Below are positions 43,277-52,627 of a stretch of 64,000 bases of DNA, one piece after another. Numbering within the stretch: the first letter of the stretch is position 1; each line of letters begins with the position of its first letter. The stretch is taken from the NCBI GenBank assembly GCA_963720465.1, contig OY970393.1, forward strand, positions 480,001 through 544,000. Direction: 5' to 3'. The notes below the pieces were generated by a model. The model did not search any database. It was not told the origin of the DNA and saw only the letters and a list, made by a program, of their open reading frames with translations. The DNA comes from Methanobacteriota archaeon. Lineage in GTDB: Archaea > Halobacteriota > Bog-38 > Methanoflorentales > Methanoflorentaceae. The position numbers and the translations under genes are program-made.

Positions 43277-43606
43277 ATGGAGCTAAGAACGAAAGCGGAG
43301 CTTGAAAAGACGCTACGCGGAGTTAATGAGTTGTATGCGTCGCTCGATGGCACCTTAGACCGATCGCTGACTGAACCATATATCGATGCGAATCAGTACG
43401 TGAAACAATACAACCGCTATCGCAACGAGTTGTTTTCGCTGCTTCCAAACGAAGACGTTGCAGATATTCTGACGGAAATGTCCCTTTATGTATATACCGG
43501 CGACGACCAGACAGACGTCGCAAACGTGAAACAGCAGCTAGTTGAAGTATACCTCAAAACCTCGCAGCTGATGGCGTATCTTCAAAATCAGCTCGAACTC
43601 GGTTGA
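43277..43606 (+). CDS. Hypothetical helical protein
   Basis: 109-aa ORF; no family recognised. Confidence 0.55.
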   Translation: MELRTKAELEKTLRGVNELYASLDGTLDRSLTEPYIDANQYVKQYNRYRNELFSLLPNEDVADILTEMSLYVYTGDDQTDVANVKQQLVEVYLKTSQLMAYLQNQLELG

Positions 43607-43648
43607 GGCCCCACAGCGTAGGAGCGAACGGCCTTTCCGTGATATCGA

Positions 43649-43784
43649 CGCCGGGGTTGGGATTTGAACCCAAGCGATGCGTCCTCTACAAAAGCCCAGC
43701 AGGCTTCTTTATGCAAGGCATCAACAGGTCTCGAGCCTGCCGCGTTGGGACTCGTAACCGATTAGTCCGCTCTGCCACCCCGGC
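43649..43784 (-). tRNA. tRNA-Ser (CGA) with two introns (43746..43762 in the D-loop; 43681..43712 in the variable arm)
   Basis: Acceptor GCCGGGG/CCCCGGC plus discriminator G; anticodon arm GCAGG-CTCGAGA-CCTGT; T arm TTGGG-TTCAAAT-CCCAA. Removing 17-nt and 32-nt inserts gives an 87-nt class II tRNA. Confidence 0.88.
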
Positions 43785-43835
43785 ACGTGCCGACACGCGT
43801 GTTTCTTATATCAAAACTCCTATAAAACTTATTGG

Positions 43836-44048
43836 ATGCCAAAAAATGACCCCTGTGTCACCGTTTGCCTAAACGGGCAAGAAAACGTGGTCAACATTGC
43901 CGCTGGGGCAAACTATGAACAACTGTTACTTGAGCTCAAGCTGAATCCTGAAGAAGTCTTGATTTTCGTAGACAATGAGCCCGTGCCGTTCGATGAGCAG
44001 GTGCGACCCGGAACCGTGCGCGTGCTAAAAGTCGTATCCGGTGGTTGA
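43836..44048 (+). CDS. ThiS/MoaD-like ubiquitin-fold sulfur carrier
   Basis: 70 aa ending LKVVSGG (di-glycine). Confidence 0.88.
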   Translation: MPKNDPCVTVCLNGQENVVNIAAGANYEQLLLELKLNPEEVLIFVDNEPVPFDEQVRPGTVRVLKVVSGG

Positions 44049-44166
44049 TCAGTACCGTTCACGCCCTCGCGCCAGTTTCTATTTTCTCCGTCCAGGACGG
44101 ATGATGGTAGCGGAGTGCCCCGGGAAAGGGGATTGCACCCCAAGGGCTAGCGACTGCAGTTGAGTC

Positions 44167-45081
44167 TCACGCAATCTCTGACCAGAGGATCTGATCAAGC
44201 TTGACAGATTGATCACATTGTGAGAAAAACGGTAAAGCCGCAATCGCCCCGATAATGCCGCGCCCCTCCAAGCGAACTTCCACGCCGGCCGCGTCAGCTG
44301 CTTCCATAGCCGCTGAGCGCGACACTTCACCTGAGCGAGCGGCGTCGCCGTAATTCAAGAGGCTTTTCGCGCCAAATGAGTTCAAAACAGCCATGCCTGT
44401 TTGATCTGAAAGCGTATAGTCCTCTAAAAGTTCTTGAAACTTCTTGATAGGCTTGTTGGCGTTCAAACTAGCAAACTCCACGACAGTAGCCACGCAATTT
44501 TTCGTCTTCGCCTTTACTGGGTAGAGCTGCACGATAGCATGGGAGACGTAACGAAGTGTGTTATTGTCCACCATTGCGGCTATATTGTTTACTAGCGACC
44601 ACGTCGCACCTTCTTCTTTTGTGTCAGTATCGTCTACTCCAACGATGACGCGCGACCGTTTCGGCAATGTGAGCGTCCCGCGACTCATTTTACTACCTCC
44701 TGCAGGCGTCAAATCATAGTCGATGACGTCGCGGGCTAGCGCCCGGCACATGGTAGCGCCCACGCCACCCCCTCCAAGACCCGCGTACGTCACTTTTACG
44801 GTATCGTCTGACAGTTCGACCGATTCAATTCCCCCAGCGGAAACAGAAGGCCTGAGTTTTAGCTTGGATGTACCCACTCTTAATAGATAACGCGTCGTAC
44901 TTCCTACGGCACGGCTTGAGATGATCAGCGGACTCGTTTGGGTATAATGGTAGCGCGCCCACGCCGCGCCCCCGTAGCAGTTCGTTACTTCAAGCAGCTC
45001 GACACAGTCCGTTCCTGCGATCGCGAGTATGTCTTGATAGGGCACTATCCAGGGCAGCTGACTAAAATCAGGGGCGGCCAT
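44167..45081 (-). CDS. Methanogenesis marker protein 11 (TiaS-like C-terminal domain)
   Basis: NCYGGAAWARYHY, YAGLGGGGVGA, GVDDTDTKEEGATW, KTKNC, GRGIIGA. Confidence 0.85.
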   Translation of the reverse strand: MAAPDFSQLPWIVPYQDILAIAGTDCVELLEVTNCYGGAAWARYHYTQTSPLIISSRAVGSTTRYLLRVGTSKLKLRPSVSAGGIESVELSDDTVKVTYAGLGGGGVGATMCRALARDVIDYDLTPAGGSKMSRGTLTLPKRSRVIVGVDDTDTKEEGATWSLVNNIAAMVDNNTLRYVSHAIVQLYPVKAKTKNCVATVVEFASLNANKPIKKFQELLEDYTLSDQTGMAVLNSFGAKSLLNYGDAARSGEVSRSAAMEAADAAGVEVRLEGRGIIGAIAALPFFSQCDQSVKLDQILWSEIA

Positions 45082-45091
45082 CAAGAGAACC

Positions 45092-45604
45092 TCAATCTTT
45101 GTTTGTGCCAAAACGATTTAAAGCTGTTCTTAACTCATCAGCAACAATTATGCTGGCCCTGCGCGCAGCTGGGCTCAGGCCTTCTCCGAACTCTCGGTCT
45201 AAAGGCTGGATCCCGATTACAAAAATTCCGGCACTGGTTTCTGATCGAAGATAGTCCCCGAGCACCGCAAGCGAAGGCCGATGCGTTGTGATCGCAATAC
45301 CCTCAAGTTCGCTCAGCTCAAGGATGCGAGCTTCTCCGGGAACGCCGCCGAAATCGGCTGCGTCTATCAGTATCACGCAAGCTGGCTTGAAGCGCTTGAC
45401 GCGACCTGTGAAGTTCTCTGGGACTTCGTGACATTTTATCAGAGAGATCGAAGGGTGATCAATGAGCGCACCTAACCTATCTATAACAGCAAGTCCGACA
45501 GCATCATCGCGTCGAAATTCGTTTCCAATGCCCAAGAGTGCGATCTTCGTGCCGGCGCACCTCTGCAGGCGGTGGCTCACGTCAGACTCGAATCGATCTA
45601 TCAC
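45092..45604 (-). CDS. hycI: Hydrogenase maturation peptidase, HycI type
   Basis: LGIGNEFRRDDAVG, VPENF, IDAADF, TTH, GIQP. Confidence 0.88.
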   Translation of the reverse strand: MIDRFESDVSHRLQRCAGTKIALLGIGNEFRRDDAVGLAVIDRLGALIDHPSISLIKCHEVPENFTGRVKRFKPACVILIDAADFGGVPGEARILELSELEGIAITTHRPSLAVLGDYLRSETSAGIFVIGIQPLDREFGEGLSPAARRASIIVADELRTALNRFGTNKD

Positions 45605-45612
45605 GGTCGCAC

Positions 45613-46281
45613 CTAACGCAACTGATTATGAAGTTTAATGGTTGCTTGGACCACGAGTTTCGCATCTCGCTTTTTCAGGTCATAGTCGTGGTCCGCGAGG
45701 AACGTCTCGATCGCGGTACGCCCCTGCTTAGTTACCAGTACACGTTGTTCTGCGATGCTCAAAAGCAAAGGAAAGCTTCGTTCCATATAGAAGATGCTGC
45801 GTGCTAGACCCAAGAGTGCGTCACTCGTGGTGGTATCGACGACGCCGGTCTGAACAAGCGAGTGCAAGGCGAACCGGATATTCACGAGCGGATCAGATAC
45901 GGGCGCGAAAGTAACTGGATTATACGCCACGGCAACCTCATCATCCGCTTCAATAAGACCCTGCTTAAAGCAGGCGTAGATTTTACCAACTCCGATCATG
46001 CCAAACCCATCAAGTTCCGAGGCCCGCAACGCCCCCATGCTGGATCCACCAACAACGGTCACGCCTGACCGCACAGCATCAATGATTTCCCGATGTGAAA
46101 CTGCTGCGCGATCATAAAAAACCCCGTCAATCAAGCCGATGAGGCTTGCCCCTGCTTTAGCTGCGCCAGAGACATCGCCTCGCGCGGCAGGAGCGCAACA
46201 GTGCAGCCGCCCGTCTATTGACGCCACTTCAGACCACGATAAGCTTGGGCCCGTGAATATTATGCAGTCGTGCTTCGCCAT
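45613..46281 (-). CDS. tfuA: TfuA-related McrA-glycine thioamidation protein
   Basis: FTGPSL, RGD, IDGVF, HREI, GGSSMGALRASEL, DDEVAV. Confidence 0.93.
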   Translation of the reverse strand: MAKHDCIIFTGPSLSWSEVASIDGRLHCCAPAARGDVSGAAKAGASLIGLIDGVFYDRAAVSHREIIDAVRSGVTVVGGSSMGALRASELDGFGMIGVGKIYACFKQGLIEADDEVAVAYNPVTFAPVSDPLVNIRFALHSLVQTGVVDTTTSDALLGLARSIFYMERSFPLLLSIAEQRVLVTKQGRTAIETFLADHDYDLKKRDAKLVVQATIKLHNQLR

Positions 46282-47477
46282 CCTCTTCCGCGCTTTCCTT
46301 TTCGTTCTCGATCCAAAAAGTAGACCTCAAACCCAGGAATGATAACACGAACCGCCGGAACGCCGATGGCGCTCAGCGTAATGTCTGAGACGATAACGCG
46401 GTCTGCCACGTTGCTCAGCCGCCCAAGTGTGAGCCTAATGTCGCCGTCAATGGAGTCGGTAGCTGACGTTTCAATTGCGTCAAGCTCAAGGGTTTCGCCT
46501 GGTTCGGCCAACCAGTGCTTGTTGAGTCTTTTCATCCTCTCATACCCAATGGACCGAGCCACAGACTCTCGGTTGGTGTCTTCGCGAGCACCGTGTATCT
46601 GTGTAGCTCTCGACTGAGCTACTTCGGTCAGTGCTCGAAGAGCTGCGATTTGCGGATCAGTGTGACTTCCCGCTCCCATGACCAAAAGAGCCGCATCACG
46701 CATCTTTTCATCATCAGAAGCAGCGACAATTGTGGGGGTGCCCGCGACAGTGGGCACCCACCAGAGATGAACGCGGATCCCGTGTGATTCGAACTTCTTG
46801 ATGATATCGCCGACCGGACTGATGCCCACATTGAGACCGATGCCCGGATTTCGGTTGATCTCGGCGATGCTTACCGCATCTCGTTCGACGACTTCCATGA
46901 GGCCGTGAAAGATCGCTTCTTCAATGACGTTGCCTGACGCGAGACCATTGGTGTTGCTGCGGAATAGCTGCCATCTGCCTTGCTGCGGCCTGTATGGGTG
47001 AAAAACGGCGTTTGCTGGGACGAGCACCTCCTCATCGTTAAGAATGTCCCAGCTAGGATACCACTCGATTTTGGTGTCTGAGGAAAGATGGCCTGGTAGT
47101 ATAAGGTCGGTCGGGTTAAGGGCGCTGTTGTCAGTTGAGAGGTTATCATATGAGTCGAACAACAGTTGCTCCTTGAAATTCTGGACTTCCGCTGAAAATC
47201 GTTCTACAGCCTCCATGATCACTGAAACGCGCGCCTCCGATTCGGTAGTACCCTTGCCAGCATAGACCGAAATCGCGCCGTCTGCCGCCGAAGGCCTTAT
47301 CGCAGAAAAAACGGGTAGACCCACGCGGTCAAGTCCTGAAATATCTGCAACACGCGTTATTCCGACCTCAGGTATTACCGACTTTATCCGCTCAAGAGTT
47401 TCTGCCGGGGGCATCACCCTGTGTGTGTCAACGCAATATGTCTTCCGTGCAGAGTGCAGTTCGATCTTGCCTTTCAT
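46260..47477 (-). CDS. ycaO: YcaO-related McrA-glycine thioamidation protein (methanogenesis marker 1)
   Basis: GITRVADISGLDR, GKG, MEAVER, SNTNGLASGN, EVVERDA, EVAQSR...GARED. Confidence 0.94.
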   Translation of the reverse strand: MKGKIELHSARKTYCVDTHRVMPPAETLERIKSVIPEVGITRVADISGLDRVGLPVFSAIRPSAADGAISVYAGKGTTESEARVSVIMEAVERFSAEVQNFKEQLLFDSYDNLSTDNSALNPTDLILPGHLSSDTKIEWYPSWDILNDEEVLVPANAVFHPYRPQQGRWQLFRSNTNGLASGNVIEEAIFHGLMEVVERDAVSIAEINRNPGIGLNVGISPVGDIIKKFESHGIRVHLWWVPTVAGTPTIVAASDDEKMRDAALLVMGAGSHTDPQIAALRALTEVAQSRATQIHGAREDTNRESVARSIGYERMKRLNKHWLAEPGETLELDAIETSATDSIDGDIRLTLGRLSNVADRVIVSDITLSAIGVPAVRVIIPGFEVYFLDRERKGKRGRGWRSTTA

Positions 47478-47676
47478 AGTGCTCGAATGCGTACAGCGAT
47501 TTGCTATTAGTTTGGCGTGGAGGGCCTGAGAGCGAAAAGCTCCCCTTTACGACATGTGCTGCCGCCTAATAAATAGATCGATGGCTGGCTTGCCGCGTGC
47601 TGCAAAAACGGGCTGAATTCACTCGTGCGTCGCAGTGGATCCACGAGCTGAAGGCTTGAATAGAAACACGGGACTT

Positions 47677-48030
47677 TTAGAGGTCCGCCTCTTCATCTAG
47701 GTTTCCTTTGAAAGTTCCGATGTTTTGCAGTATGTTGTACCAGCGGCGAGAGATAGAGTACGTGAAATCCTCAAACACGATGTAATTGATCTCCTTAAGA
47801 TTGGCGCCTTCAGCGATCGTAACAAACGTATAATCAAAATCAGTGGAATAGATCTTGAAAATGTCCCCCAAAGATCCCGTTATTTCGTGTGTCCTCTCTT
47901 CATTGTCTTTCGTCACGCGCCCCCAGCTAGGACCGAAACGCGGATGAATCCCCAGCAGTTTCCAGACGCTCTTTGGACCTTCGATGATGAAACTAAGTTT
48001 CTCCTTTGAACTAATGGCCGTTTCCATCAC
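47677..48030 (-). CDS. Hypothetical protein
   Basis: 117-aa ORF with upstream GAGG; no family recognised. Confidence 0.55.
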   Translation of the reverse strand: MMETAISSKEKLSFIIEGPKSVWKLLGIHPRFGPSWGRVTKDNEERTHEITGSLGDIFKIYSTDFDYTFVTIAEGANLKEINYIVFEDFTYSISRRWYNILQNIGTFKGNLDEEADL

Positions 48031-48208
48031 ATACCCTCTCGTTAAGCGTCAGCCGCGACGCAGCCTTGTCGTAGGTACGTTACGATTCGACTTTGAAAAA
48101 CTTTGGGGTGCAGTTAGTCAACAAAGGCAAAAATTTTTTTCAGAACGCCTCTGCGCTAGCGAGACCATCGTAGATAGATAGAAGTAGCAAGAGGTAAAAG
48201 TATGTTCA

Positions 48209-48472
48209 ATGCCTTCAGAAGCACAAAAGGACACTAGCGAACAAAACGAGGACGTTTACGAGCTTGTGTTACCCCCGGGCATTCCAAGCAAGGTCATAAT
48301 CGCAGCGTGCAAGGAGTTCAACACCGATGTTGTTTCGGCCTATGTCGACGTAGAAACCGGGTTGGCTGATGTGACGGGTCGCGACCTTCTCGCTTTTAGA
48401 GCGGACAAAGAGACCATAGAAAAGATCCGCAAATTCGTAATTGAAGAGACGAGAAAGTTTATTGAAGAGTAA
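48209..48472 (+). CDS. Small hypothetical protein
   Basis: 87 aa with YELVLPPGIP...LLAFR pattern, resembling small methanogen proteins from memory. Confidence 0.65.
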   Translation: MPSEAQKDTSEQNEDVYELVLPPGIPSKVIIAACKEFNTDVVSAYVDVETGLADVTGRDLLAFRADKETIEKIRKFVIEETRKFIEE

Positions 48473-48513
48473 TCGTACGGAATGCAAATGCCCTTTAGCA
48501 CTAAGGGCAGGAA

Positions 48514-48816
48514 TCAACCGCCTGGCTCATCAAAACCTCCCATAGTCGCATGAAGCATTTCTCTTTTCTCATCCAGGCGTTTACGGAATTCCTCGAGTGA
48601 TTGCGCTTCTTTGTCTGCGGTTTCCATTTCTTTGCTCACGAGCTCTAGGTGATTAGGGTTATAATACAAATTAGTCGAGTCGATAAGCACCCATGTTGAA
48701 TCGCCCGCGACGCGGATCTCTTTCACTTTTCCGCGCGTGTGTGTGCCGGCGTACTTGACTTGTGCACCAACACTAATCGCGTGATTCTTCATATCGTAAG
48801 CAATTGCATCGCTCAT
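48514..48816 (-). CDS. DUF2098 family protein
   Basis: VKYAGTHTRGKV...WVLIDSTNLYY motif. Confidence 0.75.
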   Translation of the reverse strand: MSDAIAYDMKNHAISVGAQVKYAGTHTRGKVKEIRVAGDSTWVLIDSTNLYYNPNHLELVSKEMETADKEAQSLEEFRKRLDEKREMLHATMGGFDEPGG

Positions 48817-48920
48817 TCTGTTTTTCCTCTCCACTCCTTAGTTCGTGCGCATCCGTATTAATGCTTATGGAGCGTGCGTCAGCGATATTCGCGAGCCTCG
48901 CAATGAACTGGCTGGGCCGG

Positions 48921-49637
48921 CTAGATAAGCGCGAATGCGCGTATAGGAGAAGCATCAGCTCGCTTCAATCTCAACGGCGCACCAAAAAACAGCACTCGCT
49001 GTCCCGTCAGCAGCCGAAGATTGTCCGACAAGTTCTCGAATATGACAATTCCATTCTGGAGTAGCTTCTTGTGCACTTCGTTTTTAGGCGAGTGCAGTAG
49101 GTCGACGGACATGCTGTCGATTCCGACTGCTTTTGCTTGCTTCTCTATCAGCCAATCAGGCATCGTGATATCGAGGGATGTGTAAGGGCGACTCGTCGAA
49201 CCGCTGGTCGCTGGAACGTTCGATCCTGTGTAAAAGAGGGCGATTTCACCGTTTTTTAGTGGGATTGCTTTTTTCAAATCGTCGGGACTGACGCGTGAAC
49301 CAAGAGCTTTGTGCGTTAGGTCGTAAGTCACCGCGCTGCCGCGGAACGTTTCGAGGGGCAGCTCGTCAACTGTTTTGCCGCGTGCGAGCAGATGGTAGGG
49401 CACATCGACGTGCGTTCCCGTGTGCGCACCCAAGATGATCCGCGTCGTATTCGCCCCGCCCTCTTTGATTGTGCTGAGGGGCTCAATTAGCGGGTTAGGG
49501 TCCCCAGGATAGATCAGCATGTCAGCCGATATAAGCACGGACAAGTCCACAATTGTATCAGCATTTCGAAGCATAGTTTGAAAGACTGCTATGGTATCGG
49601 ACGAGGTTACGAGTTCACTCTCGTGCTCTCGAAGCAC
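48921..49637 (-). CDS. Cyclase / kynurenine formamidase family metal-dependent hydrolase
   Basis: IVDLS, YPGDP, HTGTHVD, GIDSMSVD, H..LL...ENL, ASPIRA. Confidence 0.9.
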   Translation of the reverse strand: MLREHESELVTSSDTIAVFQTMLRNADTIVDLSVLISADMLIYPGDPNPLIEPLSTIKEGGANTTRIILGAHTGTHVDVPYHLLARGKTVDELPLETFRGSAVTYDLTHKALGSRVSPDDLKKAIPLKNGEIALFYTGSNVPATSGSTSRPYTSLDITMPDWLIEKQAKAVGIDSMSVDLLHSPKNEVHKKLLQNGIVIFENLSDNLRLLTGQRVLFFGAPLRLKRADASPIRAFALI

Positions 49638-49669
49638 TCAAGAAACACAAAAAGAAGAAGGTGCCGGTG

Positions 49670-50611
49670 TTAAACCAGCCTCATCAGCGGTGTTTTTTCC
49701 GTCTGCGGTTCGACTCCTAGCTCTTTGGTGCTCTCCTCAACCATGATGTCGATCATCGCCATAGCGGGGAAGATGATCGTTGCCAAGTCGATCGGACCAT
49801 ACAAGAGATAGTCGGCGCCGACAATACCACAGATCATGTTTGCGCCGATGCTGCACGGTTCCCACACCTCTGGGTGGCCGGCCTTCCTGTATCTGCGCAA
49901 CCACGTCCACGCATCAGGGATGTTGTGTGGTCCACCTCCGGTCGGCAACCCAAGCACGCCCTTAAATCCGACCATGGATCGGATTGACTGGCCCGCGCCG
50001 GCGCCGAGTGAGAGCGAAGCGACATCGAGCAGCGGTCTGGTAATGCCCGCCTCTTCACTGGACTGCAAAAGTCCCCTTTCCTGCCCTGTACCGCCGATGG
50101 TGAGCATCTCGATTCGGCCTTTAACGCTCACGTCCGTCGGATTGAACGCCAAAACGATGGCTGAGTCGACATCTGTTTGCTTTATCGCTTCCCACTCTTC
50201 TGGCAGTGCACTTGCGTTGACGGAGTTATAAACGGCGAGATCTCCTGCGCCGATTTCATCCGAGTATTTTGCCGCGAACATGCGCACCGCCGGCACGCTC
50301 GAATCGACCAGGAAGGCGATCCCCGGGGCGATTTCCAGGTGCCAGTCGATGTACTTTTGCATCGCCTCTTCGGTCTCAGCGATCACCTGGTTCCAGTAGC
50401 CGAGCCCTGTCAGGTCCGACAGCTCGACCTGTGTGTTCCATTGCGCTTCGGCGGCGTCCTTGTCAAACGCGCCGTGGACGTGGTCTGTAACCACCTTATG
50501 CCTGTCGTAGAACATCGAGCTGGCGAGCACGCTCGGATACTCGCCGGGCTGACCTCCAACGTGAAAACCGCCTATCTCGAAAACGGTTTGCTTTTTATCA
50601 TACCTAAACAT
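49670..50611 (-). CDS. mtrH: Tetrahydromethanopterin S-methyltransferase subunit H, second copy
   Basis: MFRYDKKQ..IGG..GGQPGEYP, YNSVN, GGGPHN, LYGP; 40 of 313 residues differ from the operon copy by hand count. Confidence 0.94.
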   Translation of the reverse strand: MFRYDKKQTVFEIGGFHVGGQPGEYPSVLASSMFYDRHKVVTDHVHGAFDKDAAEAQWNTQVELSDLTGLGYWNQVIAETEEAMQKYIDWHLEIAPGIAFLVDSSVPAVRMFAAKYSDEIGAGDLAVYNSVNASALPEEWEAIKQTDVDSAIVLAFNPTDVSVKGRIEMLTIGGTGQERGLLQSSEEAGITRPLLDVASLSLGAGAGQSIRSMVGFKGVLGLPTGGGPHNIPDAWTWLRRYRKAGHPEVWEPCSIGANMICGIVGADYLLYGPIDLATIIFPAMAMIDIMVEESTKELGVEPQTEKTPLMRLV

Positions 50612-50637
50612 GCTATATGAACCTCCTCACGTCGTCA

Positions 50638-50780
50638 TTCACGGTCCGATTAGCTTAAACAAGACCAACAGCTGTGTCAACGAGTTGACACGATGCATAT
50701 GATGATATCTCAAATGAGTCCATAGGCGATGCCTAGTCCCTACCCATGCGCTCCCTTTACCGCTGCGCGACTCGCGTCAT
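50638..50780 (-). pseudogene. mtrG: Decayed 3' half of mtrG
   Basis: Aligns by eye with 52627-52770 (e.g. cataggcgatgccta-gtccctaccca) with indels and substitutions. Confidence 0.75.
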
Positions 50781-50959
50781 CTTCGCGTCGAAGACAACTA
50801 TATTGCCTATGTCGCGTCCTCCAGCATATCATTCGCATGTATGTGTATTAATGCTTATTGAGCCTGAACAACGACCGGGACGGGTTTACCTAGTGGGCGC
50901 ACGTGTCCCCGTTAGCGTAATGCAAAAGCGCGCACGGGCGAAGCGTCAGCACGTTCCAG

Positions 50960-51610
50960 CATCAGCCGCATCGCAAAGAGTGGCGCGCGCTTGCCTACCA
51001 AGAGTCGGAGATTGTTCGAAAGATTTTCAAAGATGGTAATTCAGTTTGCAGAAACTTCTTGTGCACCTCGTTCTCGGGTGAGTCGAGCGAATCTACGGAC
51101 AAGCTGTCGATCCCTGCTGCTTTGACTCGCTTCTCTATCAGCCAGTCCGCGAGAGCCGTATCGGAACAAGGTGAAACAGCCTGCCGAACCGTTCATCGTC
51201 GGATTGTTCGACCTCGCATAAAACAGTGCTATCTTGCGCTGCCGCAAGTGAATTTTCGTCGTCAAATCACCAGGGCATGCGTGACCTAAGAGCTTTGTGC
51301 GTTAGGTCGTAAATCAGCGCGCGGCCGCAGAACGCTTCGAGAGGCAGTTCGTCAAGGGTTTTACGCTTTCTAGGGGACGATAAAGCACATCGACATGGGT
51401 AACAGCGTGTGCGCTCAAGGCGATACATGTTGTGTTCGCCCCACCCTTGTCGATGGTGCTGAGCACCTCGAGTCGCGGACTGGGATCCCCTGGATATGTC
51501 GCTGTATCAGCTGACATGAGTTGAGACAGATCCACGATTTTTTTTTCTCGCAAAAGGGTCGGGTCAAAGACTGCCATTGAATCGTACCAGATCATAGGGC
51601 GAAAGATCAA
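50960..51610 (-). pseudogene. Decayed copy of the cyclase-family gene
   Basis: IVDLS, YPGDP and THVD retained, then a frameshift; DWLIEK..GIDS.SVD..SP.NEVHKK remnant at about 51050-51150. Confidence 0.8.
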
Positions 51611-51658
51611 GCGTGTACCGGTGCGACACGTAAGAAAAAAAGAAAAAAAGTGCTGGTG

Positions 51659-52600
51659 TTAAACCAGCTTACTTAGCGCTGTGTTTTCCGTCTGCGCTTC
51701 GACGCCTAGCTCTGCGGTGCTCTCCTGGACCATGATGTCAATCATCGCCATAGCGGGGAAGATGATCGTTGACAATTCGACCGGACCATACAAGAGATAG
51801 TCGGCGCCGACAATACCACAGATCATGTTTGCGCCGATACTGCACGGTTCCCACACCTCTGGGTGGCCGGCCTTCCTGTATCTGCGCAACCACGTCCACG
51901 CATCAGGTATGTTGTGTGGTCCGCCTCCAGTCGGGAACCCAAGCGTGCCCTTGAATGCGACCACCGATCGGATTGACTGGCCCGCGCCGGCGCCGAGTGA
52001 CAGCGAAGCGACATCGAGCAGCGGCCGCGTAATGCCGGAATCTTCACTAGACGTTAGGAGTCCCTGTTCCTGGCCTGTGCCGCCAACAGTGAGTATGTCG
52101 AGTCGGCCTTTCGGGCTCACGTCCGTCGGATTGAACGCCAAAACGATGGCTGAGTCGACATCTGTTTGCTTTATCGCTTCCCACTCTTCTGGCAGTGCAC
52201 TTGCGTTGACGGAGTTATAAACGGCGAGTTTTCCCGCGCCGATTTCATCCGAGTATTTTGCCGCGAACATGCGCACCGCCGGCACGCTCGAATCGACCAG
52301 GAAGGCGATCCCTGGGGCGATTTCCAGGTGCCAGTCGATGTATTTTTGCATCGCCTCTTCGGTCTCAGCGATCAACTGGTTCCAGTAGCCGACGCTTGTC
52401 TGGTCCGACAGCTCGACCTGTGTGTTCCATTGCGTTTCGGCGAGTTCCTTGTCAATCTCACCTTTCAGGGGGTCTAAAACCACCTTGTGCTTGGAGTAGA
52501 ACATCGAGCTGGCGAGCACGGTCGGATATTCACCGGGCTGACCACCAACGTGAAAACCGCCTATCTCGAAAACGGTTTGCTTTTTATCATACCTAAACAT
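51659..52600 (-). CDS. mtrH: Tetrahydromethanopterin S-methyltransferase subunit H
   Basis: Same motifs as the second copy; last gene of the mtr operon. Confidence 0.95.
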   Translation of the reverse strand: MFRYDKKQTVFEIGGFHVGGQPGEYPTVLASSMFYSKHKVVLDPLKGEIDKELAETQWNTQVELSDQTSVGYWNQLIAETEEAMQKYIDWHLEIAPGIAFLVDSSVPAVRMFAAKYSDEIGAGKLAVYNSVNASALPEEWEAIKQTDVDSAIVLAFNPTDVSPKGRLDILTVGGTGQEQGLLTSSEDSGITRPLLDVASLSLGAGAGQSIRSVVAFKGTLGFPTGGGPHNIPDAWTWLRRYRKAGHPEVWEPCSIGANMICGIVGADYLLYGPVELSTIIFPAMAMIDIMVQESTAELGVEAQTENTALSKLV

Positions 52601-52627
52601 GCTATATGAACCTCCTCACGTCGTCAT

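Noticed and set aside
44105-44170. tRNA-Cys-like fragment or archaeal SECIS (GGTGCAATCC, CTGCAG, GAAA loop)
   Set aside because: No acceptor or anticodon stem pairing, the loop does not match the GAA/A SECIS geometry, and no UGA-containing gene is adjacent.
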